Assembly (NCBI GenBank): GCA_041660605.1 | Contig: JBAZWB010000001.1 | Coordinates: 750,503 to 814,502 of the forward strand | DNA length: 64,000 nt | Direction: 5' to 3' | Source of the DNA: Patescibacteria group bacterium | GTDB lineage: Bacteria; Patescibacteriota; Patescibacteriia; UBA10025; JAHIVO01 | Part shown: positions 58,871-64,000 of the stretch, in pieces | Layout: every line of letters starts with the position of its first letter | Numbering within the stretch: position 1 is the stretch's first letter | Made by a program: the position numbers and the translations under genes | Notes under the pieces: generated by a model | The model's database searches: none | What the model was told of the DNA's origin: nothing | What the model saw: the letters and a program-made list of their open reading frames with translations, nothing else

Positions 58871-59302
58871 CTAAACGCCAAGATCATCCAACGCCTCAGC
58901 GATATCGCTCCCTCTCTTTTCCGTACCTTCCTTATATTTACTCCAGGCCGCCTCATCCCATATTTCCAAACGGTTATATAATCCGGCAATCACTACCTTC
59001 TTTTTTATAGTGGCATATTTGCGTAAATAATCAGGCAGAATAATTCTCCCCTGCCGGTCTATTTCGCAATCCATGGCGCCGGCCAGCATCAGCCTGGCAA
59101 AAGCCCGGGTATTGGCTTTAGAGATTGGCAGCTTGGAAAGCTTGTCAGCCAATGTCTCCCAATCTTTTTGGGGATAAAGAAAAAGACAGTTATCCAGACC
59201 GCGTGTGACAACCGCGCCTTTAGCCAATTCGTTGCGGAATTTTATGGGTACGGCTAATCTCCCCTTTTCATCAATAGAATGATTGTATTCGCCTATAAAC
59301 AT
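58871..59302 (-). CDS. mraZ: Division/cell wall cluster repressor MraZ
   Basis: MFIGEY.HSIDEKGRL.VP, DRQGRI.LP, EIW. Start at 59302. Confidence 0.96.
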   Translation of the reverse strand: MFIGEYNHSIDEKGRLAVPIKFRNELAKGAVVTRGLDNCLFLYPQKDWETLADKLSKLPISKANTRAFARLMLAGAMDCEIDRQGRIILPDYLRKYATIKKKVVIAGLYNRLEIWDEAAWSKYKEGTEKRGSDIAEALDDLGV

Positions 59303-59346
59303 TGAGTGCTTTTGAATAATATAAGTAAACAAATCCAGTGGCTTAT

Positions 59347-59433
59347 CCACAGTTGAGGGTACTTATCCCCACATTTATCCACTTTTCACCCTACTACTCC
59401 ATTTTACACCACTTTTATTGAATCGTCAACCAC
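59347..59433 (-). promoter_or_regulatory. mraZ promoter with MraZ operator repeats
   Basis: TTGACG-17-TAAAAT, and GTGG-like units at 10-nt spacing (59369, 59379, 59389, 59399, 59409), as known for MraZ sites. Confidence 0.7.
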
Positions 59434-59668
59434 TTTCCTACCAGAAAAAATTAACCGGCAAATGTCAATAGACGGATTTATACATATAGTATGATTTATT
59501 TTTTCTGCACTACTATATGTAGATAAAGAGAATTAGCGATCCAAAATAATGTAAATTAATAAAATTTTAATAAACAAAAACCTACTATATTAATTGGTAG
59601 GTTTTAAATATTATCTAATTATCCTAATAATACTGGGGTTTAAAACGCTATGTGGATAACCTTTCTTT

Positions 59669-59755
59669 ACCCCGTTAGAAAATATTTTTTTGATTTTTAA
59701 TAATGATTATTTTTAGGCAAATATTAGCCGTTTTTAGTTATTTTTCTAACGGGGT
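59669..59755. repeat. Palindromic element ACCCCGTTAGAAAA...TTTTCTAACGGGGT
   Basis: 14-bp perfect inverted termini around an AT-rich spacer. Confidence 0.8.
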
Positions 59756-59783
59756 TGACTTTCGGTTTTTCTTCGGCTATAAT
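59755..59783 (+). promoter_or_regulatory. sigma70 promoter with a candidate LexA box in the spacer
   Basis: TTGACT-17-TATAAT. The spacer contains TTCGGTTTTTCTTCGG, identical to 61302-61317. Confidence 0.8.
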
Positions 59784-59787
59784 TAAA

Positions 59788-60582
59788 CTATCTTATTATA
59801 TGGCTAAAAACACCAACAATTACGGATATTATTCCCATAATCGCTAAACTAATAGCGGCGAACATTATTCCATAAGATAAGAATATAGCAGTTAATAATA
59901 CCGGGTATGTCAGCCATTGGATTATCGCCCAGGTAATATGCGCGGCTAGCCATTGGTCAATCAGATATATCAGGAAAAATATCACCGCCAAGCCAATTAA
60001 ACCAAAATATGTGTGCTTCAGATCTTCCTTTGAAGGCGCCGCATGAGAACTCAGGCTAAGCATCAGATAGATGAATAAATATGTCTGCCAGGAGGAGAAA
60101 TTAAATTGCTTGATCAAATCTTGAACATTTATAATATATTGCCTGAAATAATCCCAGGTAAAAGAAAAGAAATTTTGATAGGAAGAAAAATCGCTTAGTA
60201 TTTTTTTCAGGCCATCTAGATTACTGAAATAAAAATCCGGCAATAAAAACCTGGTCAGCAGCCAGATGACCGCGGTAGCGCCAAATAAAGGGGCAATGGA
60301 AATAATTATACTTTTAAGCGGATTTCTGGTTTGCTCATGCTGGACCATTCCCAGCGTTCCTCCCTGCGGATAAAAAAGCTGCACTTTGTAAACACGGGTA
60401 AAAGTCAGCAGACAGCCAACCAGATGTGAAAGCTCATGTATCATCACACCCGGCCACATGGTCGCCAGATACCATCCCCTGCCCAGACGCCGTAGCACCA
60501 GCCTATCCACCGCCTGTGAGAGAAAATACAAAATCAGTATTTGCAGCAGTAACGGAAGAAATAAATTTATAACCTGTACCAT
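59788..60582 (-). CDS. Membrane zinc metalloprotease (M50-like)
   Basis: PG..IHELSH, AP, PS..D motifs and multiple TMs. Confidence 0.75.
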   Translation of the reverse strand: MVQVINLFLPLLLQILILYFLSQAVDRLVLRRLGRGWYLATMWPGVMIHELSHLVGCLLTFTRVYKVQLFYPQGGTLGMVQHEQTRNPLKSIIISIAPLFGATAVIWLLTRFLLPDFYFSNLDGLKKILSDFSSYQNFFSFTWDYFRQYIINVQDLIKQFNFSSWQTYLFIYLMLSLSSHAAPSKEDLKHTYFGLIGLAVIFFLIYLIDQWLAAHITWAIIQWLTYPVLLTAIFLSYGIMFAAISLAIMGIISVIVGVFSHIIR

Positions 60583-60643
60583 ACTTTGAAAAATAAATTA
60601 TCTACATTATTCATTATACATTATTAATTATTTATTGATAGAT

Positions 60644-61258
60644 ATGACCAAGATACTTCCCAATAAAAAGCAAAAGATCCTTAGATTCCTAAAAGACTAC
60701 ATTTCCCAAAACGGCTATGCTCCGACTTTGACAGAGATAGCCAAAGAATTCAAAGTCTCCTCGCTGGCCACGGTTCATGAGCATTTGCAATTCCTGGAAG
60801 AACACGGTTTTATCAGGCGTGATAAGGACCAGACTCGTGGTATCACCATTTCCGAGATGGAAAAAGAAGAAGAGCAGGAAACCGCTATCCTCTTGCCGCT
60901 AGTCGGCACCATTACTGCCGGTGCGCCGATTGAAGCTATTGAGAATCGCGAATTGGAAATTCCCGTTCCTATGGAAATGGTAAAAAATAAAAATGCCTAC
61001 ATCCTGAAGGTCAAAGGCGATTCTATGATTGAAAGCCTGATTTCCGATGGCGATCTGGTTATCTGCGAAAAAACCGAATACGCCAAAGACGGCGATACCG
61101 TAGTTGCCCTGCTGGAAGACGGTACTGCCACTCTGAAAAAATTCTTCAAAACCAAGAACTTCATCCGCTTGCAGCCGGCGAATAAAAAATACAAGCCTCT
61201 GTACACGCAAAATGTCATTGTGCAGGGAAAGGTGCTGGGTATTATCAGAAAATTTTAA
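60644..61258 (+). CDS. lexA: SOS repressor LexA
   Basis: GYAPT..EIA, HL..L...G, TAGAP (Ala-Gly cleavage site), GDSM (Ser), TLKK (Lys). Confidence 0.96.
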   Translation: MTKILPNKKQKILRFLKDYISQNGYAPTLTEIAKEFKVSSLATVHEHLQFLEEHGFIRRDKDQTRGITISEMEKEEEQETAILLPLVGTITAGAPIEAIENRELEIPVPMEMVKNKNAYILKVKGDSMIESLISDGDLVICEKTEYAKDGDTVVALLEDGTATLKKFFKTKNFIRLQPANKKYKPLYTQNVIVQGKVLGIIRKF

Positions 61259-61301
61259 CTGCCTATATATCTTTGATTAATCTTTTTTTATACTTAATAT
61301 C

Positions 61302-61317
61302 TTCGGTTTTTCTTCGG
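61302..61317 (+). promoter_or_regulatory. Candidate LexA box upstream of dinB
   Basis: TTCGG-N6-TTCGG direct repeat. Confidence 0.7.
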
Positions 61318-61349
61318 TTAATACAACTTTATTATTTAATATAATTAAT

Positions 61350-62522
61350 ATGCCAAAACAATCCCCTTTCCGCACCATTATATATGTAAGATTAGACGCA
61401 TTTTTTACTGCTGTTGAAGAAGCATTGAATCCCTCCCTGCGCCAACACCCGGTAGTCGTCGTCGGCGACCCAAAAACCCGAAACCTGGTGGCCTGCCCGA
61501 ATTATCATGCGCGACAGCTGGGTATCAGAAAAAACATGCCTTTGCCAGATGCTTATCGATTGGCACCGCAGGCCAAATACCTAGCCGGCTCTTTCGCCCA
61601 TTACCGACAATTTTCAGAGGAATTTTTCCGCATCTTATCCCGTTTTACCAGCCAGATCGAGCCGGTTTCTCTCGACCAGGCATATCTGGACGTTACTGAC
61701 GCGCAAAGCCAGTGGATTTCCCCTGAACAGTTAGCTCAGGAAATTAAAAAGGTAATTTTTCAGGAATTGGAAATTACAGTTTCTGTCGGCATTGCGGCCA
61801 ATAAAGTCTGCGCCAAAGTCGCCTCAGAATGCCAGAAGCCCGATGCTCTGGTTTACGTACCTTATGGGCGCGAAAAAGAATTCCTTGCTCCAATGCCGGT
61901 CGGCAGCCTGCCTGGCATCGGTTCACGGACCGAAAAAGCCCTCAATGCCATGGGCATATTTCTTATTGGCCAGCTCGCTAACCAGCCTTTCCAGAATATG
62001 ATCAGGTCATTTGGGCCAAACGGTTTCTGTCTTTGGCAGCTGGCCAATGCCCTGGATGCGCGCGTGGTCGTCGTCCCGGGGCAGAAAAAATCCGTTTCCC
62101 GCAGCCAGACGTTTGAATTTTCTACCAGTGATCTGAATCTGCTGAAGCTATCCTACTTCAACCTGGCTAAAAAAGTCTGCGGTTCCTTGAAAACCGAGAA
62201 AAAACTTTGCCGGACGATCAGCCTGAAAATGAGCAATGATGGATTAACCTGGAAATCACGCCAGTACACTCTCCCCCGGGTCACGAACGACTCTTACAAA
62301 TGCCTGGAAATAATTAGTCGCATTATTGATGAAAATCCACAGGAATTAAAAAAAATACGTTCAGTTGGTTTATGCGTTTTAAATTTGGAAAATGAAAATT
62401 TACAGGCAAATCTTTTCGAACAGTCGTTTGATAAAATCAAAAAAATCCGCCAGTCTCTTATGAAGGTTAAAAATCAATTTAACTTTTCCTATAGCTTTAA
62501 GCAAAAACTGGTTACCTTTTAA
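61350..62522 (+). CDS. dinB: Y-family DNA polymerase (DinB-like) with substituted catalytic residues
   Basis: DAFF..VE, YHAR..G, SLDQAYLD, SVGIA.NK..AK.AS...KPD, LPGIG. Confidence 0.85.
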   Translation: MPKQSPFRTIIYVRLDAFFTAVEEALNPSLRQHPVVVVGDPKTRNLVACPNYHARQLGIRKNMPLPDAYRLAPQAKYLAGSFAHYRQFSEEFFRILSRFTSQIEPVSLDQAYLDVTDAQSQWISPEQLAQEIKKVIFQELEITVSVGIAANKVCAKVASECQKPDALVYVPYGREKEFLAPMPVGSLPGIGSRTEKALNAMGIFLIGQLANQPFQNMIRSFGPNGFCLWQLANALDARVVVVPGQKKSVSRSQTFEFSTSDLNLLKLSYFNLAKKVCGSLKTEKKLCRTISLKMSNDGLTWKSRQYTLPRVTNDSYKCLEIISRIIDENPQELKKIRSVGLCVLNLENENLQANLFEQSFDKIKKIRQSLMKVKNQFNFSYSFKQKLVTF

Positions 62523-62944
62523 TGAAAAACTTGCTTCTTTGATTTAGTGATATTCGGTTCTGCGTTATATACGGGCTTAGCTAATGTCCAGCGCTTCCCA
62601 ATCTTTAAGCGCTGAGCGCCAAGCACGGCTAATTTTTCAGCACTTTCAAATTCCGAGCGGCTAATCCCGACAATTGGCACATTGAGAGCAAAGCTAAAAG
62701 TATTGGCGGTAACTACGCCAACCCGTACTGAAGTAAAGTTGCCAGGGCCGGTTACTACTACTATGCCCTTTAAGCTGCTGCAAAGCACCCCTTTGCCTCG
62801 CAGAAAACTGTCTATAGACGGGAGTATTTTTTCCGACTGCATTAACTGGCCGTGTACGATTTTCCTGAATTTTATTTTGCCTTTTATGTCTGATAAGCCA
62901 ATATAAAAATTATCGTATTGCGTTGTATCGATTATTAATAGCAT
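62519..62944 (-). CDS. tsaB: t6A biosynthesis protein TsaB (short form)
   Basis: IDT, SE..LP.I, GPGNFTSVRVG...AN, P.Y. Confidence 0.85.
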   Translation of the reverse strand: MLLIIDTTQYDNFYIGLSDIKGKIKFRKIVHGQLMQSEKILPSIDSFLRGKGVLCSSLKGIVVVTGPGNFTSVRVGVVTANTFSFALNVPIVGISRSEFESAEKLAVLGAQRLKIGKRWTLAKPVYNAEPNITKSKKQVFH

Positions 62945-62946
62945 GT

Positions 62947-63510
62947 TTATTTTGTGAAAATCTTATCAGTAATGACGATCTTCTGGTTTTCCAGTATGGT
63001 ATAAAGGAATTTATCGGTTAAATCGTTGCGGTATTCAAATTCTTTTTTCGTCATGATCGTATAGCGTATTTTTTTATCGAAATCTTTGTGGAATTCGTTG
63101 ACCAGCCTTTTTAGTTTTTTTCGGTTAACCTTCCCCACTATCAATATATCGGTCTGTGCATTGACCACTCCGGTAAATAATCCGGTCAGTACCAAATAAG
63201 AGATCTGTCCGATTTTTTTGATATTTTTCGCCAGACTTCTTTCCATAGTCATCTGGGATTTCAGCATCAAAGATTTAAGTTCAGGATATAGCGTAAAATC
63301 AGTATTAACCCTATAAAATTTTTTTTGACCGACTTGATGTGGTGAAACCAGTCCCATTTCTTCTAAATTTTCTAATTCACGGCGAACTGAATTAATGCGC
63401 TCTTTAATCTTCCTGGTTAACTCACGGACAAAATAGTCGTTATCCGGATTCGTCAAAAAAATTCTCAGCAATTTTACGCGCGTTCGTGAACCAAATAATT
63501 GTTCAAGCAT
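62947..63510 (-). CDS. wHTH regulator fused to a degenerate minimal nucleotidyltransferase domain
   Basis: LFGSRTRVKLL..F, VREL.R...E..NSVRREL, DILIVG. Confidence 0.7.
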   Translation of the reverse strand: MLEQLFGSRTRVKLLRIFLTNPDNDYFVRELTRKIKERINSVRRELENLEEMGLVSPHQVGQKKFYRVNTDFTLYPELKSLMLKSQMTMERSLAKNIKKIGQISYLVLTGLFTGVVNAQTDILIVGKVNRKKLKRLVNEFHKDFDKKIRYTIMTKKEFEYRNDLTDKFLYTILENQKIVITDKIFTK

Positions 63511-63585
63511 ATATTTTCAGGCTTTACTTCTTCTCTTGAATGTATTATAATATTTTTGGAAAAAAGAAGCAAGCAAACTTAAAAA

Positions 63586-64000
63586 ATGTCCAGTTATTCT
63601 ATAATTTTTGACCGTCTACTTATCTGCGATCCGGATAAAAGCCGGTCAATCTGCCATATATTTATTTCACATCAATCACCCGCTGAAGAGAGCAGTTTGG
63701 GCAAGCTTTTTTTAATTACGGAGATTAGCAGCCACGATAAAATTAACATGGAGATTATCAATGCCATCCATGAAGAACTGAAAATCAGCTATTACAATAC
63801 TGAGGATTTGAATATTGAAACAGCCTTCGAAAAAGCATTGGAATCTGCTAACCAGAGAATTGCCGATATGGTTGGAGACTATGAAACAAACTGGCTGGAC
63901 AAGCTTAACACCATCGCTGCTGTGATAAATAAGAATACTCTATTCATCAGCAATATCGGAACGATGCACGCTTTTTTGATACGCGGGTCGAAAATTACCA
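63586..64000 (+). CDS. Partial hypothetical protein, possibly PP2C-like fold (runs off the window end)
   Basis: Manual translation gives MSSYSIIFDRLLICDP...GKLFLITEI...FEKALESAN...LFISNIG..HAFLIRG, open to the end. Confidence 0.6.
   Translation, partial: MSSYSIIFDRLLICDPDKSRSICHIFISHQSPAEESSLGKLFLITEISSHDKINMEIINAIHEELKISYYNTEDLNIETAFEKALESANQRIADMVGDYETNWLDKLNTIAAVINKNTLFISNIGTMHAFLIRGSKIT

Noticed and set aside
59303-59787. Replication origin
   Set aside because: Only two perfect DnaA boxes, no dnaA/dnaN nearby, and no clear lasting switch in gene orientation.

Overview
This 64 kb window looks like a Patescibacteria (CPR, probably Parcubacteria/ABY1-like) chromosome segment. That assignment is inferred from gene content and the general lack of Shine-Dalgarno sites. 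The routine content is exopolysaccharide genes, rnhA/recJ, an ABC exporter, a minus-strand fermentation block (group 3b [NiFe] hydrogenase, pgk, eno, two gpmI, pduL, ackA, 2-oxoacid:ferredoxin oxidoreductase), a dcw fragment (mraZ-rsmH-ftsL-PBP-murF), lexA-dinB and tsaB. Five things stand out. (1) A candidate signalling island at ~35.3-54.1 kb: a PLP-dependent alpha-oxoamine synthase abuts a 7TM-GAF-GAF histidine kinase and a GNAT, and the island also holds three kinase-less 7TM-GAF paralogues, two apparent pseudo-enzymes and a shared GCGACGGCGC motif. (2) A 1.2 kb gap with no ORF in the track holds about five promoter-structured RNA-terminator units. (3) The RNase P RNA is ~590 nt, and four of its variable helices are closed by the same CCCCACAC/GTGTGGGG palindrome. 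(4) Four four-helix-bundle genes each sit between inverted 7-nt-periodic arms, and gene-less versions of the same arms occur elsewhere. (5) A lexA promoter with a TTCGG-N6-TTCGG box is separated from lexA by an antisense gene, and the downstream DinB has lost two catalytic acidic residues. All calls come from reading motifs by eye; no searches were run.
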